Assembly (NCBI GenBank): GCA_038250675.1 | Contig: JBBSCB010000001.1 | Location: forward strand, 20,877 to 84,876 | DNA from: Gemmatimonadales bacterium | GTDB taxonomy: Bacteria; Gemmatimonadota; Gemmatimonadetes; Gemmatimonadales; GWC2-71-9 | DNA: 64,000 bases | Direction of reading: 5' to 3' | Made by a program: the position numbers and the translations under genes | Part shown: positions 35,810-45,800 of the stretch, in pieces | How positions within the stretch are numbered: position 1 is the stretch's first letter | How the letters are laid out: each line of letters begins with the position of its first letter | The notes under the pieces: model-generated | Database searches by the model: none | Seen by the model: only the letters and a program-made list of their open reading frames with translations | What the model was told of the DNA's origin: nothing

Positions 35810-37113
35810 AGGGCACCTCGCGTCGCGGCCCGCGATTGCGCCTCGTCGAACGCGCCTTCGCTCTTGGAGATCACCACCGTCGCCACGGCGTTGCCGATCA
35901 GGTTGGTGATGGCGCGCGCCTCGCTCATGAAGCGGTCCACGCCCAGCACCAGCGCCACGCCCTCGATGGGTACCACGCGCAGGGCGCTCAGCGTGCTGGC
36001 CAGCACGACGAAGCCGGAGCCGGTGACGCCCGCGGCGCCCTTCGACGTGATCATCAGGATGGCGAGCACGCTCAGCTGGTGGCCCAGCGACAGGTGGACC
36101 CCGTATGCCTGCGCGATGAACAGCGTGGCCATGGACAGATAGATCGCGGTGCCGTCCAGATTGAATGAGTACCCGGTGGGGATCACGAGTCCCACGACCG
36201 GCCGCGCGCAGCCGTAGCGCTCCAGCTTGTCGATCATCCTCGGGAGCACCGCTTCGCTCGACGACGTGCCCAGGACGACAAGGATCTCCTCGCGGATGTA
36301 GCGCAGGAGGCCGGTGAGACTGAACCCCCAGGCCCGCGCGATGAGGTTGAGCACGACGAAGATGAAGAGGAACATGGTGGCGTAGACCGCCGCCATGAGG
36401 CGGCCCAGGGTCAGGAGCGAGGCGACGCCGAAGTTCCCGATGGTATACGCCATCGCCCCGAACGCGCCGATCGGCGCCACCGCCATCACGATGCCGACGA
36501 TGCGGAACACCACCTGGCTCAGCCGCTCGAGCAGATCGGTGAGCGGCCGGCCAGCGCCGCCGAGCGATGCGAGCGCCACACCAAAGAGCACCGAGAAGAA
36601 GACGATCTGCAGGATGTCACCCTGGGCGAACGCCCCCACCACGCTTGACGGCACGATGTGCATCACGAAATCCGCGAAGTGCATCTCGCGGGCCTGCGCG
36701 GCATACGCCGTGATGTCGGCCGGGGCGATGCGCGAGGCATCGAGTCCCTCGCCGGGCCGCGCCAGATTCATCACGATCAACCCGATCGCGAGCGCAAAGG
36801 TCGTGACGATCTCAAAATACACCAGCGCCTTGATCCCGACCCGGCCGACCCGCCGGAGATCGCTGGTATGCGCGATGCCGAGCACGATGGTCAGGAAGAT
36901 CACCGGGGCGATGACCATCTTGACGAGATTGATGAACGTCTCGCCCACCGGGCGCATCGCCCGGCCCGCGGCGGGCCAGCACGCGCCCAGCAGCACGCCC
37001 AGGCTGATGGCCACCAGGACCTGCACGGTGAGGTTCCGGCCCAGCCGGGCGACGCGGGAGGGCGGCACGGGGTGCCGGGTCGGGGGCAGCTCCGGATCGA
37101 GCGGCCGCGTCAC
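35806..37113 (-). CDS. dctA: dicarboxylate/amino acid:cation symporter (DctA-like)
   Basis: DAACS motifs are present: LVKMVIAPVIF, LGTSSSEAVLP, SFNLDGTAIY, RAITNLIGNAVA. The start is uncertain (GTG 37113 or 37068). ATG 37287 would add an implausible 60-aa leader. Confidence 0.85.
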   Translation of the reverse strand: MTRPLDPELPPTRHPVPPSRVARLGRNLTVQVLVAISLGVLLGACWPAAGRAMRPVGETFINLVKMVIAPVIFLTIVLGIAHTSDLRRVGRVGIKALVYFEIVTTFALAIGLIVMNLARPGEGLDASRIAPADITAYAAQAREMHFADFVMHIVPSSVVGAFAQGDILQIVFFSVLFGVALASLGGAGRPLTDLLERLSQVVFRIVGIVMAVAPIGAFGAMAYTIGNFGVASLLTLGRLMAAVYATMFLFIFVVLNLIARAWGFSLTGLLRYIREEILVVLGTSSSEAVLPRMIDKLERYGCARPVVGLVIPTGYSFNLDGTAIYLSMATLFIAQAYGVHLSLGHQLSVLAILMITSKGAAGVTGSGFVVLASTLSALRVVPIEGVALVLGVDRFMSEARAITNLIGNAVATVVISKSEGAFDEAQSRAATRGAL

Positions 37114-37210
37114 CGGTTGCGGCGCTTCTCGAAGATCTCGATGTATCGCAGCGCGGCCATCAGCAGCGGCACGGCCAGCGCGATTGCCGTCCTCGTTCGC
37201 ATGCGGGCTC

Positions 37211-37645
37211 CTAGGAATGATTGCCGCAGGACCGCGCCGTGAACCGCCAGCTCCGCGGCTGTTCGAGGTGCATGTCGGACTCGACATGCACCCGGCCGGC
37301 GCCGCCGCCGGCCGGCATCAGGTAGACGTAGCGCCACGCGGCGCCGCCAAATTCCAGCTGCACGATGCCCGCCTTCAGCCGATGCCAGCGCCCGTCGCGC
37401 GCGTGCAGCCGCGGCGTGTGCATCGAGTCGAGCGCAAACGGTTCCGCGGTCGCCACCCCGCCTCCGGCACCTGACGTCCACCCGATCGCCGACGCGAGCC
37501 GGATCGTGTCGGCGGCCTCGGGCTGGGCGCCATAGGTCAGGCAGTACTGTACGGGCGTCTGGCGCACCGGACCTGCTGCGCCGGTCACGACGGCGACGGT
37601 CGCGCTGAGCACGGCGGCCAGCGCCGCGCCCCGCCGCGGCCGCAC
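37211..37645 (-). CDS. hypothetical secreted protein
   Basis: 144 aa with signal peptide MRPRRGAALAAVLSATVAVVTGAAG and high GC3. Confidence 0.5.
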   Translation of the reverse strand: MRPRRGAALAAVLSATVAVVTGAAGPVRQTPVQYCLTYGAQPEAADTIRLASAIGWTSGAGGGVATAEPFALDSMHTPRLHARDGRWHRLKAGIVQLEFGGAAWRYVYLMPAGGGAGRVHVESDMHLEQPRSWRFTARSCGNHS

Positions 37646-37655
37646 GCCGTGCCGC

Positions 37656-38180
37656 TCAGACGTAGCGGGCGACGGCCATGGCGGCGGCCGCGAGCACCAG
37701 CAGGACCGCGGCCACGGTGCTCGCGCCCGCCATCCGCCGGTGCTGCCGCTCCAGCTCGGCCATCTGCTCGGGCGACGGCGGACCCCCCGCGCTCCTCATC
37801 GCCACCGCCAGCGCCGACATCCGCTTGCCCGTGGGCGAGTTGACCGACATGCCGAGGATGACGGCAATGATCGCGAGGCCCGCGCCGGCGCCGAACGCCC
37901 GTGCGCCCGGCGTGTGCATCCAGGCGGAGCTGAAGCCTTCCGAGTCGTGCCAGTACAGCCCGATCCCCGAGAGGACCGTCAGGATCGCCAGGGACATCAT
38001 GTAGAGCGGAAACCGGCGCACCGCGACGAGCTGGGCGATCACGGGCCCGCCCGCGGGGCCGATGGCGCGCAGCGACGGCATCAGGAACATCGCGACGAAT
38101 ACGGCGAAGCCCACCCAGATGGCGCCGAGCACGATGTGCAGCAGTCGCATCAGAATCACGGTCGCAGGCGCCATGGACAC
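37656..38180 (-). CDS. hypothetical 4-TM membrane protein
   Basis: 174 aa with four hydrophobic helices and a soluble loop (AMRSAGGPPSPEQMAELERQHRR). Confidence 0.6.
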   Translation of the reverse strand: MSMAPATVILMRLLHIVLGAIWVGFAVFVAMFLMPSLRAIGPAGGPVIAQLVAVRRFPLYMMSLAILTVLSGIGLYWHDSEGFSSAWMHTPGARAFGAGAGLAIIAVILGMSVNSPTGKRMSALAVAMRSAGGPPSPEQMAELERQHRRMAGASTVAAVLLVLAAAAMAVARYV

Positions 38181-38215
38181 GTCTCCGGAAAAAGGATCGA
38201 AGGAGGTGTTCTGGT

Positions 38216-38983
38216 CTAGCGCATTCCCGGCCGGCTGAAGCGATCCAGGAACGCGCGATCGCCAGCACTCAGCCCCGCAATGCCGCGCGCAGTCAGCACG
38301 GCGCGGATCCGTTCCAGCTCGCCGCGATTCACTTCATGCAGCGAGTCGGCGCGGATCTGGCCCCAGCGCTCCAGCGTGGCCCGCTCGCTCAGCAGGCCCG
38401 GCTTGGGCCCCGGCTGTGTTTCGGCGCGGAAGCGGCGGGCCGGCGAGAGTCGCTCCATGATCGCGAGATAGAGCGCGGCGCCGGCAAAGCCGCCCAGGTG
38501 CGCCCAGTGCGCCACGTTGCCCGACCGCGTCATCCCGCCAAAGAGCGAAATGCCGGTCATCGCGACCACCAGCACCCAGGCCTCGACGGGCAGGAGGCCC
38601 CAGATCAGGATGCGGTCGCGGGGCCAGTAGCGTGCATATGCGAGCTGCACGCCGAAGACCGCGCCGGACGCTCCGATGATGCCCACCGCCGGCTCCACGA
38701 ACGAGAGCGCCGCGCCGGCCAGGCCGCTGACCAGGTACAGACCGATGAAGTTCCGGCCGCCCAGCCGCATCTCGACCCGAGGCCCGAAGAAGAACAGCGC
38801 CAGCATGTTCCAGAAGATGTGGCCAAAGTTGGCGTGCACGAACATGTAGGTGAACGCCGTCCACGGCTGCGCCAGTGCCAGCGCCGGCTGGAACACCAGG
38901 TAATTGCCCAGCACCGGCGACGAGCTCGTCACCATGTAGACGACGAAGTTGGCCACCATCAGGAAGATCACCCATGGCGTCAT
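38216..38983 (-). CDS. rhomboid-family intramembrane serine protease
   Basis: Catalytic Ser motif GASGAVFG and His motif AHLGGFAGA, plus the WR-like block FVHANFGHIFWNM. ATGA-type overlap with the rraA-like gene. Confidence 0.88.
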   Translation of the reverse strand: MTPWVIFLMVANFVVYMVTSSSPVLGNYLVFQPALALAQPWTAFTYMFVHANFGHIFWNMLALFFFGPRVEMRLGGRNFIGLYLVSGLAGAALSFVEPAVGIIGASGAVFGVQLAYARYWPRDRILIWGLLPVEAWVLVVAMTGISLFGGMTRSGNVAHWAHLGGFAGAALYLAIMERLSPARRFRAETQPGPKPGLLSERATLERWGQIRADSLHEVNRGELERIRAVLTARGIAGLSAGDRAFLDRFSRPGMR

Positions 38984-39498
38984 GCGGGTGCCTCCGTCAC
39001 GTCCGCACCGCCCACCACCATGCCGTCGGCATCGGCCCAGAGCCGGTCGCCCGGAACAAACCGGACGCCGGCGAACTCCAGTGCTTCACCCCGGACGCCG
39101 GCGGATCCCGATTCGCCGCGGCAGGGTGCGGTGCCGAGCGCGCGCAATCCGGTCGGAATGGACGCGGTCAGCGCACTGTCGCGCACCGCGCCGTACACCA
39201 CAACGCCGGCCCATCCGTTGCGCCGCGCCAGCCCCAGCAGCCGCTCGCCGAGAATGGCACGGCGCAGCGAGCCGCCGCCATCAACCACCAGCACCCGCCC
39301 CCGTCCGGGCTCTTCCAGCTCGCGCAGCACCGGGCGGTAGTCCTCGACGCTCCGGAGCGTCGCGATCTCGCCGTGAAAGGCGTGAATGCCGCCGAAGTCG
39401 CGGAAGCCGGCGGCGATGACCTGCAGCCGTTCCGGATAGGCGTCGCACAGGTCCGCCGTCGCCCAGACCGGCGCACTCACGGCTTCAGCACCGTCCAT
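38980..39498 (-). CDS. rraA: RraA-family protein (RNase E regulator / 4-hydroxy-4-methyl-2-oxoglutarate aldolase fold)
   Basis: Family pattern TADLCDAYPERLQV...FGG...F.G.I.T........L.E.G.GRVLVVDGGGS.RRA.LG......A..NGWAGVVV.G.VRD. Confidence 0.85.
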   Translation of the reverse strand: MDGAEAVSAPVWATADLCDAYPERLQVIAAGFRDFGGIHAFHGEIATLRSVEDYRPVLRELEEPGRGRVLVVDGGGSLRRAILGERLLGLARRNGWAGVVVYGAVRDSALTASIPTGLRALGTAPCRGESGSAGVRGEALEFAGVRFVPGDRLWADADGMVVGGADVTEAPA

Positions 39499-40511
39499 TC
39501 GATCTCGTTCAGCAGGTTGCCCACCTCCTCGGCGGAGGACGACGTGTAGTCGTAGCAGCCGGGAGTACCCGCATCCGTCATACCGTCGAGCTTGCCCACG
39601 GTCGTCCGCACCCAGTCGTCGCGCACGTAGCCGCGCCGGAGGCAGATATGGACGTGATACGGCTTGTCCAGGACGAGCGGGTGGAGCTGGCCGGCGCGTG
39701 CGCGCCGGACGGCCCGTGCGGCCGCAGCGCGCAGCAGCTCGTGCACCCGGGCCGGCGAAAGCGCCGCCGCCGCCGCGGGCGAGAAGACCGTCTTGACGGT
39801 CACGGTCTCGATCGGGCCCAGCATCTCGCGCGTCTCGCTGGTGAGCGCGTCGTCGCCCGCCGCGAGGATCATCGGCACACCCATCTCGCCGCCGATGAAC
39901 GCGGCGATGCCCGCCTCGTTGAGCTGCCGGCCGTTGATGGTGAAGGAGTCGAATGCAAAGCTGTGGGCGATGACGCCTGGACTGCCCGCGTTGGCGTGCG
40001 CACCCACGATCATCATCGCGTCCACCATCGGGTTGAGGCCGGTGGTCATCACGATCGGCTTGGGATAGCCGCGGATCAGGATCGCCGCGGAGTCGAGCTG
40101 CTCCGGGAGAATGTTGCGGAACAGCGTACCGCCGTGTCCCTCGTTGACGACGAACTGGGTGGCACCGGCCGCCCGGGCCCCGGCGATCACCGCGTTCACC
40201 TCGTCGGTGAGCTCCTGGCGAAACCGCTCGTGCTGCGGCGTGCCGCCCCGCGATTCGGGGCGCATCTCGGTCGCGTTCCGGACCACCGACGCCAGGCCCT
40301 CCATGTCGCCGATGATGTAGACGGTGAAGCCGCCCTTCTGCATGTCCAGTTCGAGCTTCTGGCGCGCGAGTTTGTATTCGGTGACGCCAAAATAGGCGGC
40401 GGGCGGCGTCGTGTCGCGCGGCGCCGCGGCCTGCTGGGCCAGCAGGGCCGGCGCCAGCAGGGCCGGCGCCGGCAGCGCCAGCAGGGCGGCGAGCAGGAGG
40501 CCCCGGCTCAT
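39477..40511 (-). CDS. M55-family (DppA-like) D-aminopeptidase, secreted
   Basis: Signal peptide is MSRGLLLAALLALPAPALLA. Blocks YIIGDMEG, FVVNEGHGG, VGAHANAGSPGVIAHSF and GEMG match M55 from memory. Confidence 0.7.
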   Translation of the reverse strand: MSRGLLLAALLALPAPALLAPALLAQQAAAPRDTTPPAAYFGVTEYKLARQKLELDMQKGGFTVYIIGDMEGLASVVRNATEMRPESRGGTPQHERFRQELTDEVNAVIAGARAAGATQFVVNEGHGGTLFRNILPEQLDSAAILIRGYPKPIVMTTGLNPMVDAMMIVGAHANAGSPGVIAHSFAFDSFTINGRQLNEAGIAAFIGGEMGVPMILAAGDDALTSETREMLGPIETVTVKTVFSPAAAAALSPARVHELLRAAAARAVRRARAGQLHPLVLDKPYHVHICLRRGYVRDDWVRTTVGKLDGMTDAGTPGCYDYTSSSAEEVGNLLNEIEWTVLKP

Positions 40512-41521
40512 CGCAGCACCACCGACTCGATGGCGTCGAGCAGGTAGCCCATCTCCCGGGCGCTGTCAGTCACGAGCCGGAAACTCCGGTCGCCGGTCTT
40601 CTCGAGCTTGAAGTCGCTCAGTGCGCTCACCTGCGTCACCACGCTGTCCGGGTAGCTGGCACGAAGGGTGAAATCCACCTGGTACGGCCGGCTCATGGTG
40701 AACGGCTTGATCTCGCCCCGCATCTCGCGCCGCACCGCCTCGGCCGCGCCGGCGCGGAGCATGGCCCGGACCCTGGCCGGGCTGTACGTGATCGCGGCCA
40801 TCCGTCCGACGGCGCGCTTGGTGACGATGGGCACGAAATTGGTGCCCAGCATCGCCTTGGTTTCCTCGATCAGGACGTCGTCGCCGCTCACGAGGGAGAC
40901 CGACACGCCCATCTCCCCGGCGATGAGCGCATTGATCCCCACCTCGTTCAGCTTCTTGCCGTTGACGGTGAAGGCGTCGAACGAGAAGCTGTGTGCCATC
41001 ACACCGGGACTCCCGGCGTTGGCGTGAGCACCGGTAAACATCAGCGTGCCGAAGGTGCTGTCGAGCCCGGTGATCATGATGAGCGGCTTGGGAAACCCGC
41101 GCACCAGGATCGCGGCGCTGTCGAGGTCCCACGGCAGCACGTTGGCAAAGAGGTTGCCGCCATGGCCTTCGTTGACCACGAAGCTGCGGGCCCCGGCCAG
41201 CCGCGCACCCGCGATCGTCGCGTTAACCTCTTTCGTCAGGAGCAGCCGGAACCGGTCCCAGTAGTCCGGGCTGGTCAGCGTCTTGTAGTGCTCGCCTTCG
41301 TTGCCCGCGATCACCTCGTGGATGTCCACCGCGCTGCCCATGCCCTCCATGTCCGGCACGATGAAGACGCGAAAGCCCTTTTCGAACGGCACCTGTTTCG
41401 CCCGGAACAGCTCCGTCCGCGCGCGCTGCGCCGCGGTGGGCGCCGCCTGGGACTGCGCCTCCGCCCGCGCGGCACCGATTGCCGCCACCGCCGCCACTCC
41501 CAGCACCATCCGTCGCATCAT
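40508..41521 (-). CDS. M55-family (DppA-like) D-aminopeptidase paralogue, secreted
   Basis: Tandem paralogue of 39477-40511 with the same blocks (FIVPDMEG, FVVNEGHGG, TGAHANAGSPGVMAHSF, GEMG). ATGA-type overlap with the downstream copy. Confidence 0.7.
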   Translation of the reverse strand: MMRRMVLGVAAVAAIGAARAEAQSQAAPTAAQRARTELFRAKQVPFEKGFRVFIVPDMEGMGSAVDIHEVIAGNEGEHYKTLTSPDYWDRFRLLLTKEVNATIAGARLAGARSFVVNEGHGGNLFANVLPWDLDSAAILVRGFPKPLIMITGLDSTFGTLMFTGAHANAGSPGVMAHSFSFDAFTVNGKKLNEVGINALIAGEMGVSVSLVSGDDVLIEETKAMLGTNFVPIVTKRAVGRMAAITYSPARVRAMLRAGAAEAVRREMRGEIKPFTMSRPYQVDFTLRASYPDSVVTQVSALSDFKLEKTGDRSFRLVTDSAREMGYLLDAIESVVLR

Positions 41522-41541
41522 GACTCCTCCGTTGCCGCCGT

Positions 41542-42990
41542 TTAGCCCTCAGCCCCGAGCACCAGCAGTCTGATCTCGGTCATTTCCTCGATCGCGTAGT
41601 GCACCCCCTCGCGCCCGCTGCCCGATTGCTTGACACCACCGTACGGCATGTGGTCCACCCGGAACCCGGACACGTCGTTGATGATCAGGCCTCCGACCTC
41701 GATGCGCTCGAACGCCCGGAGGATGCGCCGCACGTCATTGGTGAAGAGCCCGGCCTGCAGCCCGTAGGGCGAGGCGTTGACCGTCGCCAGCACCTCGTCA
41801 AAATCGCGGTAGCGCCGGATCGTGGTCACCGGGCCGAAGACCTCCTCGCAGTTGACCTTCATGTCGCTCGATGTGTCCAGCACCACCGTGGGGGTCAGCA
41901 CGGCGCCGGTCCGCCGCCCGCCGGTCGCCACCCGCGCCCCCGCCTTCACCGCATCGCTCACCCACGACTCGGCGCGGATCGCGTTGGCCTCGTCGATCAT
42001 CGGCCCCACGTCGGTCCGCTCGTCGAGCGGATCGCCGGTGCGAAGCGCCTCCACCGCCGGAATGAACCGCTCGATGAACGCGTCGTAGACCTGCTCGTGC
42101 ACCAGGATGCGCTGCGTCGAGATGCAGGACTGGCCGGCGTAGACGTAGCCGCCGTAGACGCACCGCTTCACGGCGCGGTCCAGATCGGCATCCGGCTCGA
42201 TCACCGCGGCGGCGTTGCCACCGAGCTCGAGCGCGACGCGCTTCATCGGCGCCCGCTGCCGGATCATCCAGCCCACCCGCGCCGACCCGGTGAACGTGAT
42301 CATCCGGATCCGCGGGTCATCCAGCAGCGGCGCCGCATCGTCGTTGCTGCACGGCACGACGGAGATGGCGCCCGCCGGGTAGCCGGCGCCCGCGATGATC
42401 TCGGCCAGCAGCAGCGTCGACAGCGGGTCCTGCGGCGGCGGCTTCAGCACCATGGTGGCGCCGCACGCGATGGCGGGCGAGAGCTTGTGGGCGGCGAGCA
42501 GCGGCGGATAGTTGAACGGCGTGATCGCCGCGATCGGCGCCAGTGGAAACCGGCGCGTGATGCCCCAGCGCCCGTCGCCGTGCGGCATCAGGTCCAGCGG
42601 CATCACCGCCCCGCCGATTCGCTTGGCCTCCTCCGATCCCTGCCGAAACACGAAGAGCGTCCGGTCGATCTCGGTCCGCGCCGCGGACACCGGCTTGCCG
42701 GCTTCCCCCGCGAGCAGACGGGCAACCTCCTCCCGCCGGTCGGTCAGCGTCGCGGCGATCCGGTCGAGGACGGCCGCGCGCGCGTGCGTCGGCATCGCCG
42801 CCGCCGCCGGGGCCGCCGCCGCCGCCGCGTCGATGGCGGCCACGACGTCCGCCCGGGTGGCGACCGCCGCGCGCCCGACGATCTCCCCCGAGAAAGGGCT
42901 CCTGATCTCCGCAGTATCGGCGCTGGCGCGCAGTTCGCCGCCCAGGAGGAACGGAAAGGTGCGGATCGGGATGGATGCGGTGTCTGGCAT
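41542..42990 (-). CDS. NAD(P)-dependent aldehyde dehydrogenase
   Basis: ATG 42990. ALDH motifs are present: FNYPPLL, VLKPP, FTGS, the ELGGNA Glu motif, the GQSCIS catalytic Cys and EEVFGPV. The 815-aa ORF upstream part is read-through of the intergenic region. Confidence 0.9.
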   Translation of the reverse strand: MPDTASIPIRTFPFLLGGELRASADTAEIRSPFSGEIVGRAAVATRADVVAAIDAAAAAAPAAAAMPTHARAAVLDRIAATLTDRREEVARLLAGEAGKPVSAARTEIDRTLFVFRQGSEEAKRIGGAVMPLDLMPHGDGRWGITRRFPLAPIAAITPFNYPPLLAAHKLSPAIACGATMVLKPPPQDPLSTLLLAEIIAGAGYPAGAISVVPCSNDDAAPLLDDPRIRMITFTGSARVGWMIRQRAPMKRVALELGGNAAAVIEPDADLDRAVKRCVYGGYVYAGQSCISTQRILVHEQVYDAFIERFIPAVEALRTGDPLDERTDVGPMIDEANAIRAESWVSDAVKAGARVATGGRRTGAVLTPTVVLDTSSDMKVNCEEVFGPVTTIRRYRDFDEVLATVNASPYGLQAGLFTNDVRRILRAFERIEVGGLIINDVSGFRVDHMPYGGVKQSGSGREGVHYAIEEMTEIRLLVLGAEG

Positions 42991-43137
42991 CGTGACGGGC
43001 TCGGCGATCGGATTGCGGGGCCGCGGATCTTCGCGGCGAGGCGGCAAGACCGCAACATATGACCGGCAGACCCGAGCGGCTAGGGCGCCGCACGGAGATT
43101 CGGCACTCGTGCGCCTCCGCAACCGGGCATCCCACAC

Positions 43138-43190
43138 TTGCGGCCGGGCTACGAATGTAGTATCATTATATCCGGATATACGGATGATAC
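43138..43190 (+). promoter_or_regulatory. promoter (TTGCGG-N17-TATCAT) overlapped by AT-rich nested palindrome, candidate ArsR/SahR-type operator
   Basis: TTGCGG lies at 43138-43143 and TATCAT at 43161-43166. The perfect 14-bp palindrome TATATCCGGATATA (43167-43180) is flanked by GTATCAT (43160-43166) and ATGATAC (43184-43190). Confidence 0.5.
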
Positions 43191-43194
43191 ACCT

Positions 43195-44124
43195 GTGACG
43201 GTACTCGATCGCCTCGATGCGTTGGCGGATCCCACCCGGAGCCGCCTGCTCCTGGTGCTCGATCGCCACGAGCTGGCGGTGACCGAGCTGTGCGCCGTCG
43301 TCCAACTGCCCCAGTCCACCGTCAGCCGGCATCTTCGCATTCTGAGCGATGCCGGCTGGGTCGCCTCCCGGGCCGACGGCACCAGCCGCCAGTACCGCCT
43401 CGCGGCCCCGCTGGAACCCGCGGCCCGTCGGCTCTGGCAGGTGGTCAGGGAGGAGCTGGCCGATTCTGCCCAAGCGACACAGGACGCCGCCCGGGTCAGG
43501 AGCGTGCTGACCCGGCGGCAGACGGCATCGCGCGAGTTCTTCTCCACGGCCGCCGGCCAGTGGGACGGGCTTCGCGCGGAGCTGTTCGGGAGTCGCACAG
43601 ACGTCGCCGCCCTCCCGGCGCTGCTGGACGAGAGTTGGACGGTGGGAGACCTGGGCTGCGGCACCGGACACCTGACGCAGGCGCTTGCCCCGTTCGTGCG
43701 GCGCGTCGTGGGGGTCGATGCCTCGAAGGCCATGCTGGCCGTCGCCCGGCGGCGGCTCGACGGCAGCGCCAACGTCGAGCTCCGCGCCGGTGAGCTCGAG
43801 TCGCTTCCGGTCGAGGACCAGGAGCTGGATGCCGCCGTGATGTACCTTGTGCTTCACTACGTGGCCGAGCCGGTGGCGGCGCTGACCGAGGTGCGGCGGA
43901 CGCTGAAGCCAGGCTGCCGGGTGCTGGTGGTGGACATGATGCCGCACGATCGCGCGGAGTACCGCCGGCAGATGGGCCACGTGTGGCAAGGTTTTTCCGC
44001 CGATACATTGGGCGGGTGGGTTACGGATGCGGGGCTCGGGGGCTTTCGCTATCTCGCCCTCCCGCCCGATACGACCGCGAAGGGACCGGCATTGTTCGCG
44101 GCTACGGCCAGACGCGATGCATGA
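43195..44124 (+). CDS. sahR: ArsR-type HTH fused to SAM-methyltransferase-fold domain (SahR-like regulator)
   Basis: N-terminus LADPTRSRLLLVLDRHELAVTELCAVVQLPQSTVSRHLRILSDAGWV is an ArsR HTH. The C-terminus VGDLGCGTGHLT...VVGVDAS..ML...LHYV is a class I MTase fold. The gene lies immediately upstream of ahcY. The start is GTG 43195 or ATG 43138. Confidence 0.7.
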   Translation: MTVLDRLDALADPTRSRLLLVLDRHELAVTELCAVVQLPQSTVSRHLRILSDAGWVASRADGTSRQYRLAAPLEPAARRLWQVVREELADSAQATQDAARVRSVLTRRQTASREFFSTAAGQWDGLRAELFGSRTDVAALPALLDESWTVGDLGCGTGHLTQALAPFVRRVVGVDASKAMLAVARRRLDGSANVELRAGELESLPVEDQELDAAVMYLVLHYVAEPVAALTEVRRTLKPGCRVLVVDMMPHDRAEYRRQMGHVWQGFSADTLGGWVTDAGLGGFRYLALPPDTTAKGPALFAATARRDA

Positions 44125-44172
44125 TCAGCCGGCGGCGATCGACCGCCGGCCACACCAACGAGGAGCTGACAG

Positions 44173-45651
<1,479 letters not shown>

Positions 45652-45674
45652 CGCAGGTCCGCATCGCAGGTGAA

Positions 45675-45706
45675 GGGGGGCGGCCATCCGGCCGCCCCCC
45701 TTTTTT
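45675..45706 (+). terminator. rho-independent terminator of ahcY
   Basis: GGGGGGCGGCC-ATCC-GGCCGCCCCCC is an 11-bp perfect stem. It is followed by TTTTTT at 45701-45706. Confidence 0.9.
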
Positions 45707-45800
45707 CATTCAAGCCGATCGTGCCGACGGGCGGCTGGCCCCCGCCGAAGATTCCCGCCATCTTGTCTGACGATGAATCCCCCGATCCCTCCCCGTGCAA

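Noticed and set aside
35295-35816. Upstream 174 aa of the 442-aa ORF containing the esterase
   Set aside because: It overlaps the well-supported ICMT gene in another frame and is Arg/Gly/Ala-rich. The esterase has its own strong SD and ATG at 35294.
42991-43989. N-terminal 333-aa extension of the 815-aa ORF containing the aldehyde dehydrogenase
   Set aside because: The extension is antisense to the SahR-like gene and crosses the AT-rich operator region. ALDH homology begins at MPDTASIPIRTF (ATG 42990).
44125-44172. SAH riboswitch upstream of ahcY
   Set aside because: The spacer is only 48 nt and holds a single simple hairpin. That is too short for the known SAH riboswitch architecture, and a protein regulator (SahR-like) is present instead.
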